Assembly (NCBI GenBank): GCA_010909165.1 | Contig: MU008168.1 | Span: forward strand, 1,054,001 to 1,118,000 | Length of the DNA: 64,000 nt | Direction of reading: 5' to 3' | DNA from: Anthoceros angustus | Lineage: Eukaryota > Plantae > Anthocerotophyta | Shown here: positions 13,384 through 24,800 of the stretch, piece after piece | How the letters are laid out: each line of letters opens with the position of its first letter | Numbering within the stretch: position 1 is the first letter of the stretch | Translations under genes and position numbers: made by a program | Notes under the pieces: generated by a model | What the model saw: only the letters and a program-made list of their open reading frames with translations | The model's database searches: none | Told to the model about the DNA's origin: nothing

Positions 13384-14763
13384 CTATCTATCAACCTCGC
13401 CGAAGACAATGTCCTGAGTCCCGATGATGGTAACCACATCCGCCAGCATGTGATTCTTGGCCATGAAATCCAGACCCTGCAGATGCCCGAAGCCAGGGGC
13501 ACGGATCTTACATCTGTAGGGACGATTGGAGCCGTCGCTGACGAGGAAGACGCCAAACTCGCCCTTAGGAGCCTCGACGGCGGTGTAGGTGGATCCCGGA
13601 GGAACAGTGAAACCCTCGGTATAGAGCTTGAAGTGGTGGATCAACGACTCCATGGACTGCTTCATCTGGGATCTGGAAGGAGGCACCAGCTTGCGGTCAT
13701 CCGCCTTGATCATGTCCCCGGACGGCATCTGGTTGAGGCACTGGATGATGATCCTCAGGCTCTGCCGCATCTCCTCCACGCGGCAGCAGTAGCGGTCGTA
13801 GCAGTCCCCAGACGTCCCTACGGGAATGTCGAAATCCAAGCGGTCATACACATCATACGGCGAGGCCCTGCGCAGGTCCCAGCGCACTCCAGATCCCCGC
13901 AACATGACGCCGGAGAAACCCCAGTCCATGGCGTCCTTGGCCGACACAACCCCAATGTCCACCAGCCGCTGCTTCCAGATACGGTTGTTGGTGAGCAGCT
14001 CCTCAATCTCGTCGATCCTGGACGCGAACTGTTGCGCGAAGAGGAAGATGTCCTCGCTCAGGCCGAGAGGCAAGTCCTGCGCGACCCCGCCGGGGCGGAT
14101 GTAGGCGGCGTGCATCCGCGCCCCGGACACCCGCTCGTAGAACTCCATCAGCTTCTCCCGCTCCTCGAAACCCCAGAGGAAGGGCGTGAGCGCTCCTACG
14201 TCCATGGCATGCGTGGTTACGGCCATCAGGTGGTTCAGCAGGCGCGTGATCTCGGAAAATAGCACCCGGATGTACTGCGCCCGCAGCGGGACCTCCACGT
14301 TCACCAGCTTCTCCACGGCCAGGGAGTATGCGTGCTCCTGACACATCATGGAGACGTAGTCCAGGCGGTCGAAGTAGGGCAGCGCCTGGAGATAGGTCTT
14401 GTACTCGATCAGCTTCTCCGTGCCTCTGTGGAGGAGGCCGATGTGCGGCTCCGCCCGCTCCACCACCTCGCCGTTCATCTCCAGCACCAGCCGCAGCACG
14501 CCGTGAGCAGCCGGGTGCTGCGGCCCGAAATTGAGCGTGAAGTTCTTGATCTGCTTCTTCTTCTTGCTTGCGGGCTCCATGGCGGTGGTGGCCGAGGTGG
14601 AAGCCCATGCTGCTGCTCCTGCTCTGCCTCCTGCTAGATCATTTCCCGCTCCAGCTCCAGCTCCAGCTCCGGCGGCAGCAGCCAGGGCGCCATCCCGCAG
14701 CGCGGCTGACAGTGCGGCAAGGCCGCCTCGGAGAACGCCCTTGCCTGCCTTCACCAATGCCAT
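13384..14763 (-). CDS. nad7: Nuclear-encoded NADH dehydrogenase subunit 7 (complex I 49-kDa subunit) with N-terminal targeting extension, intronless
   Basis: [27 protein letters not shown]...[11 protein letters not shown]...[18 protein letters not shown]. The first ATG (14763) adds about 60 aa of Ala/Gly/Arg/Leu-rich sequence. The ORF-track start at 14919 is a TTG. Codon third positions are GC-rich. Confidence 0.97.
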   Translation of the reverse strand: MALVKAGKGVLRGGLAALSAALRDGALAAAAGAGAGAGAGNDLAGGRAGAAAWASTSATTAMEPASKKKKQIKNFTLNFGPQHPAAHGVLRLVLEMNGEVVERAEPHIGLLHRGTEKLIEYKTYLQALPYFDRLDYVSMMCQEHAYSLAVEKLVNVEVPLRAQYIRVLFSEITRLLNHLMAVTTHAMDVGALTPFLWGFEEREKLMEFYERVSGARMHAAYIRPGGVAQDLPLGLSEDIFLFAQQFASRIDEIEELLTNNRIWKQRLVDIGVVSAKDAMDWGFSGVMLRGSGVRWDLRRASPYDVYDRLDFDIPVGTSGDCYDRYCCRVEEMRQSLRIIIQCLNQMPSGDMIKADDRKLVPPSRSQMKQSMESLIHHFKLYTEGFTVPPGSTYTAVEAPKGEFGVFLVSDGSNRPYRCKIRAPGFGHLQGLDFMAKNHMLADVVTIIGTQDIVFGEVDR

Positions 14764-15049
14764 CGTCGACTTCCCCTTAGCTCCTCCAGCTAGAACCTCC
14801 TTCTTCTTGCTGCCACCGGTGAAGGAGGCACTTTTTAGGGTCACCCGGAACACAACATTCCGCTTCTCAGAATTTGCATCCGGCACCGGCAGCGCTTTCG
14901 CAACGAGCGGGACAACCAACTGGCCCGTAACTTTTCTTCACGTGGATTTTCCCAAGCTCAATTCCGTATGGATATTAACTCAGATTTTAATTTACCGCGC
15001 GGACGTAGCATCTTCAATTTTATTTAAGTCCACTAAGGAGGATATTCGT

Positions 15050-15270
15050 CATGGGACTTAGTACTTAACAACTTGTACCATGGTATGCCTAAGCTACTTG
15101 CATGAAGGGCATCCATTCCCGTACTTAACAACTTGTAACATGGTATGCCTAAGCTACTTGCACCAAGGGCATCCATTCCCTTTAGGCACCCCATCTAAGT
15201 ACCAATCCAAGTACAGGATGCTTAATATCTTATAAATGTGTGTCCATTTGGCCTAAGCCATTTGGACACA
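15050..15270. repeat. Inverted copy of the 4.8-5.4 kb repeat family, containing a 60-bp tandem duplication
   Basis: The reverse complement of 15181-15272 matches the GTACTTAGATGGGGTGCCTA unit and the TGTGTCCA hairpin at 4803-4842. 15061-15120 is approximately repeated at 15121-15180. Confidence 0.8.
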
Positions 15271-17961
15271 TATTAACTCAAGAGCAACGTATTATCCTTG
15301 TTTTTCTCACGATAATGAGAAATTTTATGAACGATACTACTGAACCATTTCACCTAAGGACTACTGAACTTCAAAAATGGAGAGACTTTATGTAGAAAGA
15401 AAAGAGATCATCTACAACCGAAAAACAAGGGGTCAACCCGACAAAGGACACTAGGCCAAGGGGGACTAACTCCGTGATCGCTTTTCTCAAAACTACATAT
15501 TGAACTTTCCCCTACACGATGTGGATTGATCACTCACACGCTTCATAGGGTATGATTATGCTAACGCATATTAAGAACGAGGTAGAACTCTCCTTAAACT
15601 TAAAGCATTAGTTCTCACATCACCTTCCCTTAGGTCAGCCATTGGATATTGTTCGACAAATCGCGTTTCTTTTTTTACTTTTAAATTTGAAACACCAAAT
15701 CAGGAGAAAACAATTCGTATCAATTTGTCTTTAGGCTTCTCGAATCCTGTATCAATTTGTTTTTAGGCTTGTCTGATCCTGTGGTGCCGGCAAGGGACAC
15801 TGCTATTCCTCGAGTCTCTGTTTTACACTGTGCTAAAACGCTGTGCTCCTATCCTATAGAGGACTTGTGGGGAAACGATTTCTCAGTTCTCGTCTGTTTT
15901 ACGCAGTGCTAAAACTCTGTAGGATCTCGTTTTGGGGCAACGAGTTCATGACCTCATTGCTGGCAGACTCGGGTACGATGGCATGTGTCCAGGAGGGCAT
16001 GGATGTGTTCACCAGGTCGGGCAAACCAAATGACCGCGCGAGATCGACTGCTGTCCATAGGTCGGCCTGCTGACAGCCGTCGGCAAATGCCGCACGCTGA
16101 GGAAGATTCAGCGTGGGGCATTTACCGATGGCAGCCAGCAGGCGCCCCTGCCTCTGTTTGCTTTCTGAAGATGGCAACCCGGCTGAACATAACCACTGGA
16201 AGGCAGCCAGCGCGACCACCTTTCTTCATCCCACCTATCCGCCAGCCTTGTTGCCGCTGGTCACTCTGAAACCCTAAGGCTCCTTCAGGCTTCATCTATT
16301 CACTGCATCAACGTTGGCTCCTTCAGGCTTCAGCTATTCACTGCATCAACGTTGATCAGTTCATCACTACGTGTCGCCGCTTCTGAACTCAGGTATGCTG
16401 CTCTGGTTGCTTCAACAGCTGACTGTAAGCCTCCGATCAGACTTGGTGTGAGGACTTCCAGAATTTTCACCTTTTGGTACTGTGGCCGGCAGGACCTCCA
16501 GAATTGTGACCAACCAGCGGGTAGTCGGGTGCAGAGGATGAGGAATCGATAAGTAAGGATCTGCAAGTTTGCCCTAACTTGGTATTCGGCATCCCTTTTG
16601 TTGTCAGATCGAGGTGAATGAGCCCCGGATGCCCAGCTCAGGTGTTGGATCCATTTACCTACACGCTTCACTTGTTGTCAGAAACCCCAGCGGTTCACAG
16701 TGCCTGATCAAGCTCATCCTTGCTTCAGTTTCGGTTCTACACTTGCTTCCCTGGGGTGAGCCCTCTGCTCCCTATGAGCTACCGCCTCTTTTCGATTCGA
16801 GGAGCCGCACTTGGTGAGGAAGCTAGTGTTGGGGTTGAGGCGCTGGATGCCTTCGTATGTTCCAATATAATGTTAAATGTCTTTCAGATCACCATCAAAA
16901 AGCCATCCGAGGTGCATGTTCTTCCAGGAGGCCTGCGTCAGCAGGGAACTGCTTTGCAGCAACTACAGTGGTTTTCGTGTGCAGCAGATCTTTGGCGTTA
17001 TCACGTCATCCGCATGTATGCCGCTCTGCCCTTGGGAGGTTGGAGGATGCATTGCATGAGTTAAATGGAGGGATTGCTCCCCTATTTCAGGATGCGACAG
17101 TCATCCACTGAATTGCTAGATAACCGATGATTCGCTAAACAAGAATGTCTAGGCACATGTGGGGAGAAGGGGACTCACTGCACTATTACCATGGTTGCAG
17201 GTAAGCCTTGAAGGTCTCACAGTTTCCAACACATACTGGATATCCTGCAACGTGGTCATCAGCCCAGAAGTGTGTACCCAAGTCTGGCAGTTAGTCTTAC
17301 CCCAAGTCTGGCTGTTATAGTCATACAACAAACAGGTTCGCTTGATGGGGCCACAGAAAGCTCAAGACTCAAGGATTATTAGCCAGGCTGGAGGGAATGC
17401 TCCAACATTCTTAATCTTCCACAAGACTTCCTCACAACAGCAATGGAAGTCCTCACACAGCAGGTGGTTGATACACAACACACACCAGTACAGAATCACG
17501 AGAGACCAAGGACCACCATACCCAGATACGTGCATTAACTTTGCCTCTATGATTGCAGAAGGCTCCCTTCTTGGAGCTCTGCTCTTCCCAAAATCGTCCC
17601 CCTTCATCAAAGTGGCGGCTATTGGCATTTTAGCTGCCCCGGAAATATTCTGCTCAAGCGGTCAGCTTTGTTGGCCAAACTCCCCACCTTCCCACATCAG
17701 CATTCCTGGCCAAACGCTCCCTTTTCTGTCAGGACGTACATGGCAGCTCGTTGGGGGACGATCGATGAAGGAGCCAACAACGCGCAAGCGTGCTCCTGCA
17801 AGCAACTGGCCAGTGTGTGGCTCTCCGTGCCTGACATAAAAACGGAGCACAGGCCGCCCCGGGCCGTCCCTTTCTCTCATTCTCCTCTTCGAAGCTTGGA
17901 GGAGAAACTGGAGCCTGCTTAGGAGAGGTGTACAGTGTCTGGACAGCTTGGAGTGGGAAAG

Positions 17962-20900
17962 ATGGAGCCCGACGAGTTTCACGTGGCCCCCGCACAACAA
18001 TGGGTCGCAGGAGAAAAGTTTTCCGCGTTCCTGGAGGGACTGAAGCAACGGCTGCTGTCCCTGTCTCCTCTTCGTCCTGAAACAGTACGAAAGGCGTCTC
18101 ATTTTGCCAGTCTCGGGGAACGCTTGTCGCACGGCCAGGCGCTGGCGATGGAGAAGGATTTTGAGAGCCGCCCTAATCCAGAAGCTCGGGTGGGAAGGCC
18201 GGTCTCGGAGTCAATCCGGAAGGTGGTTGTTGATATGATCGATCATCTGGAAGCAGTCTCCATGGAGGATGTGCGAGGAGTTGCTCGGCGCCTTGATCAT
18301 AACTTCATGGGATGGCCAGCGGAATTGGCCGAATGGGTTAATAAGATGGATTACTGGACGTGCTTTGTGCTGTCGGTGATTGGGCGTGGCGAGCGCTCGA
18401 ATCTGAAGGAACTGTCTCTCGGAGCGTTGCGCGATGACGAGTGGCTTGCTCTTTCTGTCAATTTGAGCTCCAACTCCAAGGTGCAGATTCTCAGCTTGGA
18501 TCCGGTGGATGACATCTTCCTGCCAGAGGTTCTTGGCGAAGCCGTGAGACTGAACTGCTCTCTCAAGTCTCTTTACCTCCATCCGTACGGCTTCGCGTCG
18601 ATCAGGCCATACCTGGCGACCCTCACACCGGGATTGGATGGGGCCGATTCCACCAGCAACATCACGATCGAGAGTCTGGGATTGAATTTCCGAATTTCCA
18701 GGGGATTCCAGGATCCGGGATGTGAGTGTGGTTTTAGCTGCCATGATCTCCAGGAACATGACTTTGACTAGTCTGACTCTTATTGGGACATGTTTCAACG
18801 TAACGGATTGGTTGGAGAAGTTGATCCCTGCGCTGAAGGAAAATGCTAACCTCAAGGTGTTGAATCTGAAGGGTAGCGTGTTTGCTGTACGAAGGGAGTC
18901 GGAGGTTGAGTTGATTGAAATTGAAGCTTTGAACGAAGGTTTCAGAGATCTGTTGCAGTCGCGCAATGGTGGTCTGGAAGATATCAACTTTCAGGACACA
19001 GTCCTGGACCTGTATGCAGGACAGTTCAAGGAGATTTTGAGGATGAAATGGGCATACCGCGGCAAGTTCCAGGAGCAGGCTAGGGTTTCACTCACCTGTG
19101 GCCGAATTGTGCTCTGTGGCTACGAGCATGCCGGTTTGCACCTCCGTCCCAACTTGAAAGTCAGTTGCCATTGCCAAAGGTGCTTGGACATTTTTGAAGG
19201 AATTCATGTGAGATTTTGTTGTTGTACATAACAGGAAAAACCACGCTCTGTGAGACTATGGTACGAAGCAGGTATGGCAGTCACGATTCTTGTTTCCAGC
19301 CTTGGAAAGTGGTGTGGAAAATGGTGTGGAAAAAGATCATGATCAGATGTCCTGGGCTTCGAAGATTGTTGTTCGGGAGTCGAGCTGCCGAAGAATTGAC
19401 ACATCGAACTCGAGGAGTCGACATTGTAGTGCTCCGTGAAAGACCTCGAAGGACTTCGTTATGGGACTTCGCTGGGCAGACCGAGTACTACGCCCTACAC
19501 GATTATGTCTTCCCTGATGTTAAGAACTCTTGCTTTTTGTATGTGTGCAGTGCCATACTGCCTCCAGGTGACGCCCGTGTGACACCGTCAAGGAAATTTA
19601 TGGTCAAGGGTGAACAAGAAATGAAAGCAGAACTTGTGTACTGGATGCGTTTTATAGCATCCAATTCCAAACCTGTCAGTGATCCAAGTCGACTCCCAAG
19701 AGTGATATTCGTTCTCACCAACAGGGATAGATTGGACGAGGTGCAGTTGGCAATAACAACCATGTGGGCTAAGAAAGTGATAACAGAATTGGGTGCACAA
19801 TTCACTGGTAGAATAAGATTGGAACAGATACTCGAAGTTGTAGATGCACATTCACCCAAGGATGTGAAACCGGTACTGGCAAGAGTTGAAAAGAGTCTGA
19901 AGGAATTATTGGATCTCACCACAGAGTATGCGGTATGTGAACACGTGCGTAACGAGCTGCAAGAATGGTGTGCTAAGAATCCTAATCAACCCATTATAAA
20001 TATGAAGATTTTTGAACAGGAGATTTGTATTAAAGTGAGGGGAAGAGCCTGGGACGAGGCCGTAAAGGCCTTGGCTGAAATTGCCCATCGCGAGACAGTC
20101 CTTACCTACTTGAGCGAAACAGGAGATGTCATGTTTTCTCCTTATCTTGGTTTCATCGTGGTGAATCCTCGATGGTTTGGACTCGGTGTATTGGGATCGT
20201 TGATAGATGCTTTTGATTATCGAGATAAAGAAAACAAATCAACAGCAGAATGGGCAAGGTCTCTTACTTGTTTGCATACTATCAAGACATATGGAGGATT
20301 GGTCCATGACAAAGGCTTTGTCACAAGGGAACATATTGAAAAGTTTTTGAACACGTCATTGCAGATTGTGCATCTTACACAGGGCATATGTGCAGAGGAT
20401 TTGATAAAGCTAATGATCCATTTGGAATTGTGTTTTGAAGAGGAACCAGGAAAACCCGAGTCTCGCATTTTTATTCCTAGTGTGTTTGATGACAAAGACT
20501 TAACTGATGCCAAGGGCAGACGACAGCTGCGCTGGAAACTACACCCTCCGTCAGATGCAGATGTAATCCACTTTGGTCGGCGTTTAGAATGTATGAATAC
20601 ATCTCTCACCTTTCTCACGCCCGGATTCTTCCATAGGGCGCAGGTAAACCTTCTACCCTGTCAACATGAGATTAGCTCGATCTGTTACAGCATATCTGGC
20701 AGACAAAGATGTCTTGTCAAGCAATCAAGTCGACAAGAAGAGGCTTTCTTGCCTCTGGAGACGAAGCTTCTTATGTGGAGGTGAGTAGTACAACTGATGC
20801 AAATGTTGTGTTTGGGTCACAGGTGCGTCTGCGGAATTGTGTGCACACAAACTATTGGGATAACGCTTTCCAAGTGGATAAGCATCTGTTGGGCTTTGGA

Positions 20901-21889
20901 GAAAATGGAGTGGAAGTGCTGGTGGAATATAGTGGCCACATAGGCTACTTCGTGGACATCTTGGTCAAGTCCAGTAAACCATTTGCACAAGCACTGGAGT
21001 TTGTGCAGGACCACGTAGTACAGAAGCTTCGTGAGTTTTGTGCTGAGCCACAGGGCTGCCAGGGCGTCTTGTTGGAGGAATATGTGATCAGACCTATATG
21101 TGTGAGGAGGCTTGATGTGTGTGAGGACAGGAGAGACCAAGCTGAGAAAGTTTCAGTCCTCAAAGACAAGTTGGCGGCAGACCCAAGGTACGAGTATTGT
21201 TGGAGGGTGGATGATCAGACAGACTAGGGGATTGACTTACTGGAAGGAGAAGGCTCGTATTGCAAAAAGTACAGGGAGCCAACGCAGGCAGTCCAGACGC
21301 CGGAATTAGTCATGGTGGACGTAGCTACCAATATGCCCCCCGTAACCTTTACTTCGCGGCTGATGGCAATTGGTTCACCTCTATCGTGTCTAAGGGTGAC
21401 TATGGCCCCGTCATGTCCATGAGGCTGTATGCCAAGTGTGACTACGGGCACCATGAGGTGGACAACCAACCTGGGCGGCTTCTGCAGATTAAGGGAAGGG
21501 ACAACATTGAATTAGTCAAGTATGGGGCCAACCTAGTTGGACTGGTAGTACGCGCGGGTGCAGAAAAGTTCCTAGGTGCGGAAGCTGCGAGCAAAGCAGT
21601 GGACCACTTTGTACAGAAACCGTTCAATACTCCTTTGCTGCCTGTTCCTATGGAGACATTATTAAAGGAGTTCGTGAATACAGGCAAACGTGCATCACTT
21701 GGGGATGTTATCCGTGCGCTCCAGGTCTACGTGCAGACGGAAGATTCAAAACGATGGCTTTCAACGTTCTTTGATGTTGACAAAGGTGACAAAAGATTTC
21801 GACACGATTTCAAACTTTGGAAAGCAAGGCGTACTTATCTAAACCAGGTCGTTTGGGCATGTGATGCATGCTACAACTGTGGAATATGA
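17962..21889 (+). CDS. TORNADO1-like ROCO protein (LRR-Roc GTPase-COR-C-terminal domain); disrupted, possible pseudogene
   Basis: LRR-like segments LKELSL, LKSLYL and LKVLNLKG. P-loop CGYEHAG|KTT is split by an intron at about 19134-19233. Roc motif WDFAGQTEYYALHD, COR segment IVVNPRWFG and TRN1-type C-terminal PRNLYF...RLYAKCD..HEVDNQPG are present. There is a frameshift near 18720 and a stop or weak intron near 21225. Confidence 0.75.
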
Positions 21890-24800
21890 AAGTTTGGGCA
21901 CTCCTACTTTTTGGATCAAAAAGGATCAAACTAGAGCAAAACTAGAGCAGAGCTGAAGCGAACGGGAGAGAATTGAAGTGAAGTGGAAGAGAATTGTCAG
22001 AAGATCTTGAGGCAATTTGTTGGAGAATGAGGAGTAGAGGGTGAAGGCAATTAAGCCAAGGAAGTAGCTTGAGGTTGCTGCACAAGCAGCTGTTGATAGG
22101 CTTGCAGAGGCAAAGGCCTGATTATTGGGGACCACCACCAAGTTTGAGGGGAAGGCAAAGTAATTTGCCACATGTGTGGAAGAAGTGAGACATGGGCAGG
22201 TGCTCATATTGCTGAGATTTTGCAGTAAGGAGGACTGCTAGGTAGAGATGTGTGGCAAGGGTTGCTGCAGGAAGATGGGCCAAGTGCCCGTAATGGTGGA
22301 ATTGTGCAGGATCTGCTGCAGGGCTCTAGGTTGGGAGCTCAGCATGCGAGAGAGGAGCAGCAATCGGTGCAAGGATGGGAGCGAGGAGCTCATGTTCAGG
22401 GTGAGCAGCCACAAGGGTTGCAAGAGGAGGCCATGGCGGTGCCGAGGCACATGGAAGTGCTCTCAATGGAGTCACGATGTGAGGATGGCATGATAGGGCC
22501 GTGTGTTGAACTAGGAAAGGCCATGGTAGAGCACTCACGGCAGGCTGAATTTGTAGCTGGGCTGCAAGATGGAGGTGTGGCCAAACCATAGGAAGGCAGT
22601 GTTGCAGGTGGGCTGCAACATGGTGAAGGGATCACAACGGGGTGTGCATCATGACGGCGGAATTTGCAGTGGGGCTGCAAGTCAAAGTGAAGGGAGGCCG
22701 TTGTGGTGGCCGCGAGGAGAAATGGGTAGCAAGGAGGGTTGATACGAGATGTTGTTGAGGTGTGAGGAGTTCATCGGGGAATAAGTCCAGTTTATTCAAG
22801 TTGAGTGTTGTGCACAAGCCAATTGGGTGTGTTGGACAATGGAAGTGTAAGAACTCCAAAGTTAAGCGTCCTAGGGGTGGATCAGTACCGGGATGGGGCA
22901 CCTTTTGTGTGAGGTGTTTCAGCTTATTATATTTGCAGAAGTCACATGAGAGCCCTAGGGGTAGGTGTAGGGTGATAGTTGGTACAAGAATGGAGGGGCT
23001 CCTACATGGACGGAAGCCAGTGCATAGGGTGTCAAAAGCTGGTACGTGGGGGTGGCTACGAATGGAGGGGCTGTACGTGGGGTGGTACAAGAATGGAGGG
23101 GCTCCCTACATGGTAGGATGTAGGGTGTAGTGGGTAGGTAGGTAGATAGGTAGGTAGATGGTAGTGGGCGTGGGGCATGGCACTCCCTCGTGGGAGGAGG
23201 TGCACCCTACGAGGGAGGTGCACTCTATGTATGTATGTATTCATGTATATGGGTAGGGTGGTGTGGGGTAGTATAATGGAGGGGCTCCCTACATGGTAGG
23301 GAGGTGTAGGGTGTAGTGTAGGGTAGTAGGATGGTAGTGGGTAGGGCATGGCACTCCGTAGGGAGGAGGTGCACTACGGAGGGAGGTGCACCCTACGGAG
23401 GGAGGTGTGTGCATGTATGTGTATATTCATGTATTCATGTATTCATGTATATGGGTAGGGCAGTGCGTGTCCATAGGCACCGTCCCCACCGATGTAGGGA
23501 ACAAGTAGGGGATAGAGATGCGGTAGGTAGGGTGACTGTGGTGGCCCTACATGGTAGGATGTAGGGTGGTGGACTCACCAGAACTAGGTAGGTAGGTAGA
23601 TGGGTAGGGTGAGTGTCTCCCTGGTAGGGAGAAGTGAGGTCTCTCCCTAGGCGGCGGAGTGGGGCGACACCTACTTGGATACTTGGGAAGCAAGCTTAGA
23701 TTAGGCGGTTTCGTGTTTCAACCTAGGAAGTTGTTAAAAAGGGCTATATGCAAGGTTGAGGATAAATAGGGTATATTAGGAATAATAATCCATAAATATG
23801 TAAGGTGGTGTGGGGTGTTTATAACAAGTAGGGCTACTAAATCGAGGACGGTGGAAATAGTGCCACATGGCAAGGAATCAACGGTATATCAAGAGTTTTT
23901 GTCACTACCAAAGGCCATGCAAGCGGGTGTGTGAGTGGCACCTAGGAAGTGAGGAATCGCGAGGAAGAGCTTGGGCATGCAGGAAAGCTAGAGCAAGGAC
24001 TTGGTGGGAGCGGTGCCGTGTGTGTGCAAGGAGAAGGAGGTGTGCGTGCGTAAGGAGTTGTGTGTGAAGGATTTGAAACTGGTGAAGAGAGCAAGGGCGC
24101 TGATTTTGTGTGCCTAACCTTGCAAGTGAGGGATTTGGGCGTAAGGAGGTGTATGTTGTGAGGACATCAAGTTTGAGCTAGGTGGGATGTGGAGTGAAGA
24201 GGAAGTAAGTGGAAAAGTGAAGTTGCTCTCTTGGTGGATTTTGTGTGGCAGTGAAGAAAGCTTGCAATTGTGCGTGGGGCGGGGAGCCGGAGAAGAGCCC
24301 AACACATCCGGCGGTATATGGAAGGTAGAGGATGACTCGGAGGAGGAAGAGGAAGGCATGGAGCAAGATCCGCTCACGGGAGACCTTCTTGGTGGAGGCG
24401 TGGAGGCGGTAGGGCCATAAGAAGTGACCCTCGTCCGTAGGAGGTGTAGAGGGTGGCCCTACATCCGTAGGATCACCGAGGCGACGCATCTAGAGGTAAT
24501 TGAAGAGGGTGGTGGTAGCTTGGAGGCTGGGCTCATTGCTTGGGGAGACTTTTCTTTAGGAGGACAGGCATTAATGCTTGTCAACCCAGTGGGGTGTGAC
24601 TAGCTGGATAGGAATGTTGACAGAGCCATTAAGGCTCACATAGGTGAAGTTGCTAGAATAGAATTTCACCCAAGATGCTTGGATGTCGAACTTAAAAACG
24701 AGGATACACTAAAATAAGGAGTGAGGCGGTGCGGAGGGCGCGCCGAGGAGGCTGTGAGGACCTCCTACAAAAGGAGGGAGCTTGTGAAGTAAAATTATCG

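Noticed and set aside
13363-14262. 299-aa + strand ORF and other ORFs overlapping nad7
   Set aside because: Antisense shadow of the GC3-rich nad7 CDS, with no recognisable motifs.
14764-14919. Extra 52-aa N-terminal extension of nad7 in the ORF track
   Set aside because: It starts at TTG. The first ATG (14763) already gives a plausible presequence.
15700-17900. Short ORFs and small tandem duplications (about 33 bp at 15717-15780, about 38 bp at 16278-16353)
   Set aside because: No protein family recognised. The duplications look like ordinary slippage products.
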